DNA of 64,000 nt from Patescibacteria group bacterium (lineage in GTDB: Bacteria > Patescibacteriota > Patescibacteriia > UBA1558 > UBA10009), in assembly GCA_018817315.1 (NCBI GenBank), contig JAHITV010000018.1, positions 12,012 through 76,011 of the forward strand. The letters run 5' to 3'. Positions 30,301 to 38,802 of this stretch are shown here, piece by piece. How positions within the stretch are numbered: the stretch's first letter is position 1; every line of letters starts with the position of its first letter. The notes under the pieces were generated by a model, which was not told the origin of the DNA, searched no databases, and saw only the letters and a program-made list of their open reading frames with translations. A program made the translations under genes and the position numbers.

Positions 30301-30455
30301 AGAATAGTGAATTTGCCGGTCATAAGGAAGGAGAAACAGTAAAAATGATAGACGCAATAACGCATTTATTCAACCAAAGAATGACCTCTCTTGCCAAAAA
30401 ATCAACATCCGAGATTACAGAGGAAGTGATGGAAAATATGGGACGTGAATCATAG
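27327..30455 (+). CDS. VirB6/TrbL-like polytopic membrane protein with a long charged coiled-coil C-terminal extension
   Basis: About 8 N-terminal TM helices followed by a K/E-rich coiled coil. It sits in a T4SS-like context and is translationally coupled to the giant protein. Confidence 0.4.
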   Translation: MNFLKLQLKFLPKKKIFLILFSLVVMVIFLGFATNFSFAQETLPEAYDKADFGRLSSEIGWFAAIIGSFLLWIVGLLAGILLWLMDLVVSIFQYNDFIHAQAVEIGWPLVRDLCNMFFVVIILVIAFSTILRISTYHYRSTLLKLVIMAILINFSKTILGFVIDFAQVIMLTFVNGFREAALLNLEKSFGISSWLSIGEVAPNKGLSWAAVIGALLLSVILAVVAIFTMLVYLVLLLQRIITLWILVIISPIAFLGTAFPALAKFTSQFWQRFWQMITLGITMAFFMWLSLTVLSMAGSSNRNLADEFEASKRYEQISGAKPTYQITASKVSDSEQMFVFVVAIALLLLGLQFAGEASGVAGKFAGAVSGKLSSFGAKAAKLPFKGAWGLAKEGTDLLYEKTGWMDLNMKRNWEKFQTVMGGRKGKQLQKGLQKSIERAREGGFISSRLAALTGGVGDHFDNYGWWKGIGRLTRPGLMGRRAKERGEEKEKEAEKPAEEATTLSKLAKYGGVNESYLAKGMEDIATHRAWLEKEREKIESEGGDTTEIENSLRQLENEGYILQAHLVLKDVDLNEATSEEVYNKLEEEKSKIETEYKDNNSTIKRIDEQIKELEEKKKEKEEKGQEWKAIEQEKLENFQSKRLELTQRQDTLNRTKIGIGTLGNDPEKIKEALDKKASKHGDENIRRVSARRKALQKAIDEKKIDPSSVGRAKKQLVDMDAELVFLNEQRKLKRYVSKDQKDEWSEQAEEKDKKARRLRGKAAKIRPVVGFEAQRARRALEAEELKKIADVEEQSEQNSLLEEAIARKDKPRIAAIMKKMAATSNDNEFLNHFGYDSGFNGFKEFFEKEIKDRAGFSEQEMLATANDIAYINESVKHWNTARMCAMDKGKWRWHTEPEHVMNAGTETSKLTERQVVTFNRLGFGGEDPRTGKYKMDGLGKFMVRTHGSAWLDNPRLILEQANSSMVQKLLESEHNYGQLTQALAGMMYKVKKNSEFAGHKEGETVKMIDAITHLFNQRMTSLAKKSTSEITEEVMENMGRES

Positions 30456-30483
30456 TTGAAATTTTTAATAATTTAAGCACAGT

Positions 30484-31758
30484 ATGAATAATTTAGAAAC
30501 TTTATTAATAGACCCTAAATTAAAAAATGAATTCAAAGGTTTAATTAAACAGACTTTGGGTATGATTGATGTGGCTGAAAATTTTAGATTGACGCGAGGT
30601 ATTGAAAAAGAAATGAATAATTTAAGCCCTGAAACCAAGAAAATTTTTGATGAAGAAATTAAACCTTTATTGATTAAGCTTAAATGGCGGGCATTTCCCA
30701 GATTAAAACAGGGACAAGTTTTGGATCTTTTGGAAAACCATCTTTTAGTTACTAAAGAATTTAAAGAAATTGATGATAGGATTTTGGATATTAAACAAGC
30801 TGTCAACAATCATTTATTGCAAATTATTGATCATGATGAAAGGGATAGATTTAAAATATTAGTTAGGCAGACGTTATTGGTTAATAAGGAAGTGGTGGAT
30901 GAAAGTTTGGCAGTTAAAACTGTAGGCGAATGGTTTAAAAATATAATTTCTCAAGTTGGTCCGCAATTAACAGACCGTCTTAAAGAAAGCGAATATTATT
31001 TAAGGGATAGTAATTTTACTAAATTATCAAAAATTGATCAGCAATTTTTAAAAGGAGTATTCAGTTTATATAAATACTGTCTTTATTCATCTATTACACC
31101 CGAAGGCCTGGATGAAACAATTACCGTGATTGAAGATGGGAAAATGAAGGTTATCCGTCAGGGTATGATTGAGGAAATTCCTTCTTTAGATAAGGAGGAT
31201 CTGGAATTTATTACTGGCTTAGGAGGAACCGCTGTAGGAGCCAAAGAAGAAACAAAGTATCAATCGTTAACCCAGCATTATCATTCTTTGTTGGATAAAT
31301 TAGTTAAAAAAGAACAGTTAAAAGCAGTTAAATTAAAATCATCGGTTGCAGAAATTTTGGCGGAAAGAATTAATAAAGCTTTAGAGCAAAAAGAGCAAAC
31401 AGTGGTTTTAGCTGGTTTAGAAAGATTGATACAAATAAAACAGTTGGCTAAAATTTTAGAAAATAAAAATTTTAATCAGATTTTTAAAAAATATTTAATT
31501 TCCAAGTTTGGTCAGTTTAATGAGGAAATGATTAAAAAGTTTACGGTTGAAGTTTTTGCTCTGTTATTACAATTTATTTTTATTGATCAATTAAGGAATA
31601 CCGAGGAAGAAGGAGCAGTGTTAGTATTATATATAGCTAATCTTCTGGCTAAACAGGGAAATGATCAGTATTTAGTCGCCGTGTACGGCGATTCTAAAAG
31701 CAATTCTTTTAAATGGCGGGAGATAAAAATCGGGCAGGGACAATTAAAATTTGGATAA
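30484..31758 (+). CDS. Hypothetical protein (424 aa)
   Basis: Long ORF with no recognisable motif. Confidence 0.4.
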   Translation: MNNLETLLIDPKLKNEFKGLIKQTLGMIDVAENFRLTRGIEKEMNNLSPETKKIFDEEIKPLLIKLKWRAFPRLKQGQVLDLLENHLLVTKEFKEIDDRILDIKQAVNNHLLQIIDHDERDRFKILVRQTLLVNKEVVDESLAVKTVGEWFKNIISQVGPQLTDRLKESEYYLRDSNFTKLSKIDQQFLKGVFSLYKYCLYSSITPEGLDETITVIEDGKMKVIRQGMIEEIPSLDKEDLEFITGLGGTAVGAKEETKYQSLTQHYHSLLDKLVKKEQLKAVKLKSSVAEILAERINKALEQKEQTVVLAGLERLIQIKQLAKILENKNFNQIFKKYLISKFGQFNEEMIKKFTVEVFALLLQFIFIDQLRNTEEEGAVLVLYIANLLAKQGNDQYLVAVYGDSKSNSFKWREIKIGQGQLKFG

Positions 31759-31790
31759 AACAGTAGCCAAGTCTGACTTGGCTACTGTTT
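31759..31790. terminator. Bidirectional terminator hairpin aacagtagccaagtc-t-gacttggctactgtt between convergent genes
   Basis: Perfect inverted repeat of about 13-15 bp, read directly. Confidence 0.55.
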
Positions 31791-32349
31791 AATTAACTCT
31801 TTCTATGTATTCACCGGTTTCGGTGTTTATTTTAATGATTTCACCTTCTTTAATGAATAAAGGGACTTTAATTTGTCTATCAGTTTCCATGGTCACCAGT
31901 TTGCTGGCAGATCCTGCAGTATCACCTTTAATAGCAGGAGGACTTTGAGTTACTTTTAGCGCTACCTTAACTGGCAGTTTTACAGTCACTGGTTTATTTT
32001 CATAAACTAAAACATCAACGTTCATGCCTTCCTTTAAAAAATTTGCCGCAGTTCCTATTACTTCTTTATTTAAACTAAACTGCTCATAAGTATCATTATA
32101 CATGAAGTGATAATCCTCATTTTCTTTATAAAGAAAACTGGCTTTAAGATTTTCCAGCTGGGCTTCTTCAATTTTATCTGCGCCAGAAAAAGTAATTTCC
32201 AAATTTTGCCCGGTAATAAGATTTTTGAGTTTAGTTTTCAAATTAGCGCCGCCTCTGCCCATTTTTACATGTTGAGCGTAAATCACCAGATAAGGATACC
32301 CTTTGTAGTTAATAGTTGTGCCTAGTTTAATGTCATTTATTGATAGCAT
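31789..32349 (-). CDS. efp: Elongation factor P
   Basis: 186 aa. The N-terminal 'MLSINDIKLGTTINYKGYPYLVIYAQHVKMGRGGANLKTKLKNL' is the canonical EF-P pattern with a KPG-loop-like region. Confidence 0.85.
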   Translation of the reverse strand: MLSINDIKLGTTINYKGYPYLVIYAQHVKMGRGGANLKTKLKNLITGQNLEITFSGADKIEEAQLENLKASFLYKENEDYHFMYNDTYEQFSLNKEVIGTAANFLKEGMNVDVLVYENKPVTVKLPVKVALKVTQSPPAIKGDTAGSASKLVTMETDRQIKVPLFIKEGEIIKINTETGEYIERVN

Positions 32350-32360
32350 GTCTGCAAATT

Positions 32361-32591
32361 TTATCTGGTAGTGTAGGGTAAAAGAGCCATGTATCTTGCC
32401 TGTTTAATGGCTTGGGCAAGTTTACGTTGATGTTTAGAACAAACACCGCTACGACGTCGGGGCACAATTTTTCCGTAAGAAGAGGTAAAACGTTGGAGTA
32501 ATTGCCACTGTTTAAAGTCAATTTCCTTAAAACCATTAACACAAAAGTAGCAATAACGTTTTTTATTGAGTAAATTTTTAGAATTAGACAT
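32361..32591 (-). CDS. rpsR: 30S ribosomal protein S18
   Basis: 'CYFCVNGFKEIDFKQWQLLQRFTSSYGKIVPRRRSGVCSKHQRKLAQAIKQARYMALLPY' is the S18 signature. Confidence 0.85.
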   Translation of the reverse strand: MSNSKNLLNKKRYCYFCVNGFKEIDFKQWQLLQRFTSSYGKIVPRRRSGVCSKHQRKLAQAIKQARYMALLPYTTR

Positions 32592-32612
32592 ATAAAAAAT
32601 GTAAGTTACTAA

Positions 32613-33050
32613 TTAAAAGGGAATATCTTCCACATTAATTTCTTTTGTTGGTTCTGGTTGAGAATAATCAGTTGAGGGAGCAGGTTGTTCATCTGTAGCA
32701 GTTTCAGTAGCAGGAGCAGAACCAGGTCGATCAAGCATAATCATGTTGTCGGCAATAATTTCTGTGCGATAACGTTTAATATTATTCTGATCATCCCAGG
32801 AACGGGTTTGCAGACGTCCTTCAATATAAACTTTGCCGCCTTTTTTTAAATACTGCCCTACAATTTCTGCTAATTTTCTCCAAGCAACCACATTATGAAA
32901 TTCGGCTTTTTCTTGTTTTTGACCACTGGCATCAGTCCAAACTATATTAGTAGCCACAGTAAAATTTGCTACTGGTTGGCCAGAAGGCGTGGTCCTAACT
33001 TCTGGATCGCGGGTTAAATTACCTATAATCATTGCTTTATTTAGGTTCAT
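32613..33050 (-). CDS. ssb: Single-stranded DNA-binding protein
   Basis: OB-fold '[21 protein letters not shown]' and the acidic C-terminal tail 'EDIPF'. Confidence 0.85.
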   Translation of the reverse strand: MNLNKAMIIGNLTRDPEVRTTPSGQPVANFTVATNIVWTDASGQKQEKAEFHNVVAWRKLAEIVGQYLKKGGKVYIEGRLQTRSWDDQNNIKRYRTEIIADNMIMLDRPGSAPATETATDEQPAPSTDYSQPEPTKEINVEDIPF

Positions 33051-33095
33051 ATGTTTTAAGATTAATAATTAGATTAATATTAAAATTATAAGAAT

Positions 33096-33578
33096 TTATT
33101 TAACCATCTCATCTTCTAATAATTCATCCAACTTTTTATCTAGATCTTCTAAGCTGATTTTTGGCTTTTTAATTTTTTCTTTTGTTTCTTTGGCTTCTTC
33201 AGTTTTGATTTGATCAGCAATTTTTTTCTTAATTCTTTTGTCTTTTAATTGTTCCTGATCAGCAATTTCTGCGGCGGTTTTTTGATGTTTTTTGATTAAT
33301 AAAAATCTAAGAATGGATGAAGTAAGCTTTAATTCCTTTTCTATTGTTTTTGTTTTATCTGACTCCAGATCAAATTCCAGACAATAATAAAAACCATGGC
33401 GTAGTTGTTTAATAGGATAGGCCAATTTTTTTCGGCCAAGGTCTTCTTCTACGGTAAGTTTTGCCTGGTTTTTTTCAAGTAGGGATTTAATTTTATTAAG
33501 AATTTCGGGATGTTGGTCTTCTGCTAAATTACCCGGAATAATGAGGGTTAGCTCATAATGTTGTTGTTCATTTTCCAT
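33096..33578 (-). CDS. rpsF: 30S ribosomal protein S6 with K/E-rich C-terminal extension
   Basis: 'HYELTLIIPGNLAEDQ ... KLAYPIKQLRHGFYY' is the S6 pattern. The rpsF-ssb-rpsR gene order is conserved. Confidence 0.8.
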   Translation of the reverse strand: MENEQQHYELTLIIPGNLAEDQHPEILNKIKSLLEKNQAKLTVEEDLGRKKLAYPIKQLRHGFYYCLEFDLESDKTKTIEKELKLTSSILRFLLIKKHQKTAAEIADQEQLKDKRIKKKIADQIKTEEAKETKEKIKKPKISLEDLDKKLDELLEDEMVK

Positions 33579-34111
33579 AATTTTTTATAATTTATCCTAA
33601 ACTTTTTATTAATCAGCTTAGGAGTTTTCTTATAAATTTACTAAGAAAACGCGGTTAAATTATCACTATTTATATAGTGTTTCTCCATTTTGCCAAAAAG
33701 ATTGATAAATGTCAAGAGTTTAGAAATTGACAAATTTTATCAGAAAGAGTAAATTATAACATTAGCTCTTTATTGTCAACAAATACAACAAATAGATAGG
33801 GTAAAGCTATGTGGTTGTTTGTGATACATCTCCTTGCTGATGGAGGAAAATTTACAGATCCCACAGATGATCCTATTAGGTATGCAGTCAAAGTTTTTAT
33901 TTTGATGGTGTGGTTTCTCTTCATTGCTTACAAAATCTATCAGATTGGTAATATTGGAAGAGATAATCAATCCTAAAAGGGATACCATGGGGACTAAAGA
34001 TTGCCGTTGTAGGATTTCCTGCGACGGCCTTTTAATAAATTCAAAATTTGCCCTTTCGACAAGCTCAAGGCGTGGCATTGTTAAATTATCCCGAAAGTTT
34101 ATAATAATAGT

Positions 34112-35341
34112 ATGTTATTCAATCCTACCCGCAAAAAAAATTATGCTTTTGTTTTGGGTCACAGGCCTTTGCTTTCTCAAAAAGAAATTGAGAAAGTTTT
34201 AGAATTTCAAAAAGTGGATTTTAAAGAAATTTTTTTATCTTCGCAAGTTTTTATTATAGAAACATCTACTAAACTTGATCTTTTAAAACTGCAAAAGCAA
34301 TTAGGAGGAACAGTAAAAACAATTATCATCACTTATATTATTACTAAAGATAAACTAGAACGAACTGTCACTGAATTAGTCAACAGCAGAATAAATGAAT
34401 TAAGTTATCAGAAATTTATTAAAGATGGCAGTCAAAATTTTTCCAGAAAATATCAATTTGGTTTTAGCGTCTATGCCGAGGAAAAAATAAAGAATCTTTC
34501 CAAGATTGGTTTAAAAATTAAAAATGATTTAAAAGCAAGGAATATTAATTCACGTTTTGTTGTTTCTAAAAAAGCTGATTTGTCTTCGGTGATTGTGCAT
34601 AAAGAACGGCTACTTAATCAAGGAATAGATTTAGTAATTATTGCATCATCAGATAAATATTTTATTGGCTACACAGTTACTGTGCAGGAGTATGAGGATT
34701 ATTCCCAACGTGATTATGGCCGACCGGCGCGAGATGATAAATCAGGTTTACTGCCTCCTAAACTTGCCAAAATAATGATTAATATTTCCCAAACAGATTT
34801 TAGACAAACTATTTTAGATCCTTTTTGCGGTTCAGGAACAATTTTACAGGAAGCGCTTTTAATGGGTTATGTTAATCTTATCGCCTCTGATGTTTCTTTC
34901 AAAGCTATAGAAAAAACCCGTCATAATATTAACTGGCTTAAGACTAAGTATGATTTGGATATTTCCCGTTTAAAAATCCATCAACTTGATGCTACAACTA
35001 TTTCTCAACATTTATCTCCTGACTCAATAGATAGAATTATTACCGAACCATATTTGGGTCCTTCTTCTAAGATTTTCTCTGTCCAAACACCAAAGATTAT
35101 CAGTCAGATTACTGATCTATACTTAAAGTCGTTTACAGAGTTTTATAAGATTTTAAAAAAAGAAGGGAAGGTTATTATTATTTTCCCCATCATCAACGAT
35201 CAAAGACTTGATATTTTAGAACAAATCAAAAACAAAGGTTTTGTTGATGAATCTTTAAGCGAACAGTTACGTAGTTCTTTGGTTTACAGTAGAGAAAAAC
35301 AAAGAGTAAAACGTGAAATTTTTGTTTTCAAGAAAGTCTAA
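34112..35341 (+). CDS. SAM-dependent RNA methyltransferase (Trm11/RlmL-like, UPF0020 family)
   Basis: Motif I 'DPFCGSGTILQEA' and motif IV-like 'ITEPYLG'. Confidence 0.5.
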   Translation: MLFNPTRKKNYAFVLGHRPLLSQKEIEKVLEFQKVDFKEIFLSSQVFIIETSTKLDLLKLQKQLGGTVKTIIITYIITKDKLERTVTELVNSRINELSYQKFIKDGSQNFSRKYQFGFSVYAEEKIKNLSKIGLKIKNDLKARNINSRFVVSKKADLSSVIVHKERLLNQGIDLVIIASSDKYFIGYTVTVQEYEDYSQRDYGRPARDDKSGLLPPKLAKIMINISQTDFRQTILDPFCGSGTILQEALLMGYVNLIASDVSFKAIEKTRHNINWLKTKYDLDISRLKIHQLDATTISQHLSPDSIDRIITEPYLGPSSKIFSVQTPKIISQITDLYLKSFTEFYKILKKEGKVIIIFPIINDQRLDILEQIKNKGFVDESLSEQLRSSLVYSREKQRVKREIFVFKKV

Positions 35342-35464
35342 AAATAGAAAGATATCAGTCTTTTAAATAAGGCTAAGATTATATAAATTTTCTTGTAGTC
35401 TTGACTTGGTCGTGTTAAAATTTTAAAGTAGATTATTACTATTTTTTTATAATAAATAAATTTT

Positions 35465-37021
35465 ATGTCAAAAAAGAAGCAAAAAATTTGGAAGGCAGTG
35501 GCAGACATTGTCCAGAATACTTGTTTTATGATGGATTATCCGCTTAGATTTTTCTTTGAAGAATGGCCTAAATTGGGTCTTGGAAAAAAGTTTAATGAGT
35601 ATTTTACTTATTTTAAAGGTGATTTTAGTCAGATGGTTTATGTGGCGTGGGAGTTTGACGATCAGACAGAATTTATGGCAAAGAAGGTGATAAAAAAGCC
35701 GGTTTGGGCATACGGCCTGTTAAAAAAGGTGGAAGATTATTCTACTGAATTTTTTAGGGAAATGAAGAAAGTTAAGAAGTTGCCTTTAAGCAAGATGAGT
35801 AACGCTGAAATAATTAAGTTTCTAAAAAAGGTGGGTAAAATTCATTCCTGGCAGCATGGCTTGGGCGCGGCTCTTTCCTGGCATGCTGACGCTGAAGGCG
35901 AAAGAGTAACCAAGGCAGTGATGGCAGTAATAGAAGAAAGATTAAAAAAATCCTCTGTCAAGAAAAGTCTAGCAGAAGTTTTTTCCCTCATTACCACACC
36001 TCTTAGAGAAAGTCTTATACAGACTGAAGAAAAGAGTTTTTTGAAAGTTGCCCAAAGTATCAGTCAGCAGAAAAAAATGAAAAAAGTTTTTATTCAATCT
36101 GATTTAGATGAGTTAGTAAATAATTTAAAAGGTCTTGATAGGAGAACTTATAGAAAAATTTTAACTCATTATAATAAGTTTGCTCCTTTAACTTATCAAT
36201 ATAAAGGTCCGGCTTTCCCGCTTAGTGATTATGTCGGTAGATGGCAGGCATTATTGCGAGATGGAGCTTTACCAAATAAATTATTAAGGGAGTTAGAAAG
36301 AGAAAGTCAAAAGTTAAAAAAAGAACAGCAAAAATTAATTAAATCATTAAATTTCACCTTTCAAGAATCAAATTTAATAAAAGTTGCTCAATACATGATG
36401 TTTATTAAAGATTACCGCAAAAACGCTTTATATAATGCCATGTATTATTATGAATTTATTTTTAAGGAAATCGGTAAAAGATTACATTTGTCAGTTGGTC
36501 AGATACAGGCCATGGGATTTAAAGAGATTGTCCAAGCTTTACAATCAGGCAAAGTAAATACAGATGAATTAAATCAGAGACAGAAAGAAGCGGTAGCTTA
36601 TTGGGTTAGAAAACCTCAAGGGGTTAAAGATAAGATTTTGGTTGGCAAAGAGATGAAGAATTTTTTAAAGAAAATAGTTTGGCAAAAAATAAACACTGAA
36701 TCAGACGAATTAAAAGGTACCTGCGCTTATCCAGGAAAGGTTACAGGTATTGTTAAGATTATTAATACTCCAGACCAGATGAATAAAATGGAAAATGGTA
36801 ATATTATGGTGGCTCATAATACTAATCCTAACTTAGTGCCAGCCATGAAAAAAGCCACAGCTATTATAGGCGGCGCAGGCGGCTTAACCTGTCATTCTGC
36901 CATTGTTGCTCGGGAAATGAGAATTCCTTGCGTGGTAGGCGTAGCTAATTGCGACAGAATCTTAAAAGATGGTGATAAGGTAGAGGTAGATGCTGATAAA
37001 GGAGTAATAAGAAAAATCTAA
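35465..37021 (+). CDS. PEP-utilizing-enzyme swivel-domain protein, array paralog 1 (variable N-terminal domain + C-terminal phosphohistidine domain)
   Basis: C-terminal 'GGAGGLTCHSAIVAREMRIPCVVGV' is the PEP-utilizers phosphorylation signature. The shared 'E(I/L)xKRL' motif is present. Confidence 0.7.
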   Translation: MSKKKQKIWKAVADIVQNTCFMMDYPLRFFFEEWPKLGLGKKFNEYFTYFKGDFSQMVYVAWEFDDQTEFMAKKVIKKPVWAYGLLKKVEDYSTEFFREMKKVKKLPLSKMSNAEIIKFLKKVGKIHSWQHGLGAALSWHADAEGERVTKAVMAVIEERLKKSSVKKSLAEVFSLITTPLRESLIQTEEKSFLKVAQSISQQKKMKKVFIQSDLDELVNNLKGLDRRTYRKILTHYNKFAPLTYQYKGPAFPLSDYVGRWQALLRDGALPNKLLRELERESQKLKKEQQKLIKSLNFTFQESNLIKVAQYMMFIKDYRKNALYNAMYYYEFIFKEIGKRLHLSVGQIQAMGFKEIVQALQSGKVNTDELNQRQKEAVAYWVRKPQGVKDKILVGKEMKNFLKKIVWQKINTESDELKGTCAYPGKVTGIVKIINTPDQMNKMENGNIMVAHNTNPNLVPAMKKATAIIGGAGGLTCHSAIVAREMRIPCVVGVANCDRILKDGDKVEVDADKGVIRKI

Positions 37022-37101
37022 TATATTTTAAGTCAATATAAGGTTGACTTAAAGTTAAACTTTTGTTAAACTTTTATTATTAAGAAGCTAACTGATAAAT
37101 T

Positions 37102-37320
37102 ATGAGCAATATAATAGGTTTAAAAGAGTTAAGGCAAAATATGCCGGCTTATGCTAAAAAAGTTGAAAAAGGTCAATCTTTTGTGGTAGTTAAACAATCT
37201 AAGCCTTTGTTTAAAATCACTCCCTTGGAACAGGAAAGCGAGGAATGGGAGGAAGTAATTGATTTTACCAAAATTAAAAGAGGCGGAGTTAAATTAGATC
37301 AGCTACTTAGTCGTCTCTGA
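37102..37320 (+). CDS. Phd/YefM-family type II antitoxin
   Basis: 72 aa. 'LKELRQNMPAYAKKVEKGQSFVVVKQSKPLFKITPLE' fits the Phd pattern. It lies 4 nt upstream of the toxin. Confidence 0.55.
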   Translation: MSNIIGLKELRQNMPAYAKKVEKGQSFVVVKQSKPLFKITPLEQESEEWEEVIDFTKIKRGGVKLDQLLSRL

Positions 37321-37324
37321 ATTT

Positions 37325-37573
37325 ATGGACAAAATAGCTAAAGCTTTAAAACTTTTAAATCAGAGAGAAAAAAATACTGTCGCTGATATCTTAACTTCGC
37401 TTGAGAATCGGCTTTTTAAAAATTTAGACATCAAAAAACTTAAAGGCCATGATGATATTTTTAGGGCGCGAAAAGGAAAAATAAGGATTATCTACCGTTT
37501 AGTTAAAGGCAATATTATGATTTTAGCTATTGAGCGAAGGTCAGAAAATACGTATAAGAAGTTTAAAAAATAG
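37325..37573 (+). CDS. RelE/ParE-family type II toxin
   Basis: 82 aa. 'RARKGKIRIIYRLVKGNIMILAIERRSENTYKKF' fits RelE/ParE. Confidence 0.6.
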   Translation: MDKIAKALKLLNQREKNTVADILTSLENRLFKNLDIKKLKGHDDIFRARKGKIRIIYRLVKGNIMILAIERRSENTYKKFKK

Positions 37574-37578
37574 TTTGT

Positions 37579-38799
37579 ATGTCAAAAACCAAATGGATTA
37601 AACAACTAACCAGAGAAAATACTTTACTTGATAGGAGTTTAAGGACTTTGGCTTATCATCAAAGTGTCAGGGAGCTTGGCAAAGCAAGTATTTCTAAATG
37701 TCCGGTTGTTGGTTTTAATAAAGTTACTTCTTGGTATTATTCGCCTGTTGATTTTAAAAATCAGCAAAAGATTATTTTTAGTGAATTTAAAGGAAAAAAT
37801 ATTGATAAAATGGGTTTAGTCATCACTAAATTTTTGGAACAAGGGTATTTATGGGCCAAATCGCAGAGAGTTAAAAAAATTTTTAAAAAAGAGTTTAGCG
37901 ATTATCTCAAAGAATCGCAGAAACATCATGCCCATGGCCGGGGAGCGATTGTTTATGGTTATTGGGGCGAGCCAATAGTCGCTCAAAAATTAAAGAAAGT
38001 TTTAATAGGAAAAGTTAAACCAAGCGAAGTTGATCATACTTTATCAATTCTTTCTGCACCAAGACCAGTTAAAGGCCCTTTGACAGGGTTTCATCATTTA
38101 GCTAAAAGTGAAGTTAAAAAGCAAAAATTAATTAAAAAATTAAAATTGACTGTCAAAGAACAGGAATTGGTAAAAATCCTTTCCTGGTTTACTTTTTTTT
38201 ATGAAATGGGCGAGCATGTTTCTTCTTATCTTTATGATCAATTAGTTTCGCATTTAAAAAAAACAGTCAGAAACAAAAAAGAGTTAGTAGAATTAGCCTG
38301 GTACGATCCTTACAGTTTAGAAAAATATTTTAAAGGTAAAAAATTAAGCCAAGAGGAAATTAAGCGCCGTCAGAAATGCTACATTCTTAAAATTGATAAA
38401 AACAGATTAACTATTTTAAGCGGAGAAAAGGCGCAGGCTTATTATGATAAAAATTTTACAGAAAAATTACCCAAACAAGTACCAGTAATTAAAGGTACAG
38501 TCGCCAGTTTAGGTAAAACTCAAGGAATAGTTAAAATAATTATTACCCAGGATGATCAAAAGAAAATGCAAAAAGGTGACATTTTAGTTTCTACTATGAC
38601 CACGCCTCGTTTAATGACTGCTGTTAAAAAAGCCGGCGCAATTATCACTGACGAAGGAGGAATGACTGCTCATGCTGCCATTGTCAGTCGCGAGTTTAAT
38701 ATTCCTTGTATTGTAGGAACAAAAGTTGCGACTAAAATTCTCAAAGATGGAGATAAAGTAGTAGTAGATGCGGAGCGAGGTATTGTCAAGAAAGTATAA
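37579..38799 (+). CDS. PEP-utilizing swivel-domain protein, array paralog 2
   Basis: 'TDEGGMTAHAAIVSREFNIPCIVGT' at the C-terminus. Confidence 0.7.
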   Translation: MSKTKWIKQLTRENTLLDRSLRTLAYHQSVRELGKASISKCPVVGFNKVTSWYYSPVDFKNQQKIIFSEFKGKNIDKMGLVITKFLEQGYLWAKSQRVKKIFKKEFSDYLKESQKHHAHGRGAIVYGYWGEPIVAQKLKKVLIGKVKPSEVDHTLSILSAPRPVKGPLTGFHHLAKSEVKKQKLIKKLKLTVKEQELVKILSWFTFFYEMGEHVSSYLYDQLVSHLKKTVRNKKELVELAWYDPYSLEKYFKGKKLSQEEIKRRQKCYILKIDKNRLTILSGEKAQAYYDKNFTEKLPKQVPVIKGTVASLGKTQGIVKIIITQDDQKKMQKGDILVSTMTTPRLMTAVKKAGAIITDEGGMTAHAAIVSREFNIPCIVGTKVATKILKDGDKVVVDAERGIVKKV

Positions 38800-38802
38800 T
38801 AT

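Noticed and set aside
33579-34111. Possible tmRNA (a ggggactaaag...gacgg string resembling a tmRNA 5' end)
   Set aside because: There is no T-arm/acceptor 3' domain (GGTTCGA.TCC...CCA) on either strand nearby.
33776-34202. Overlapping 100-aa (-) and 92-aa (+) ORFs in the long rpsF-upstream spacer
   Set aside because: They are mutually overlapping, have low-complexity Cys/Ile-rich translations, and lack any motif. They are more likely non-coding.
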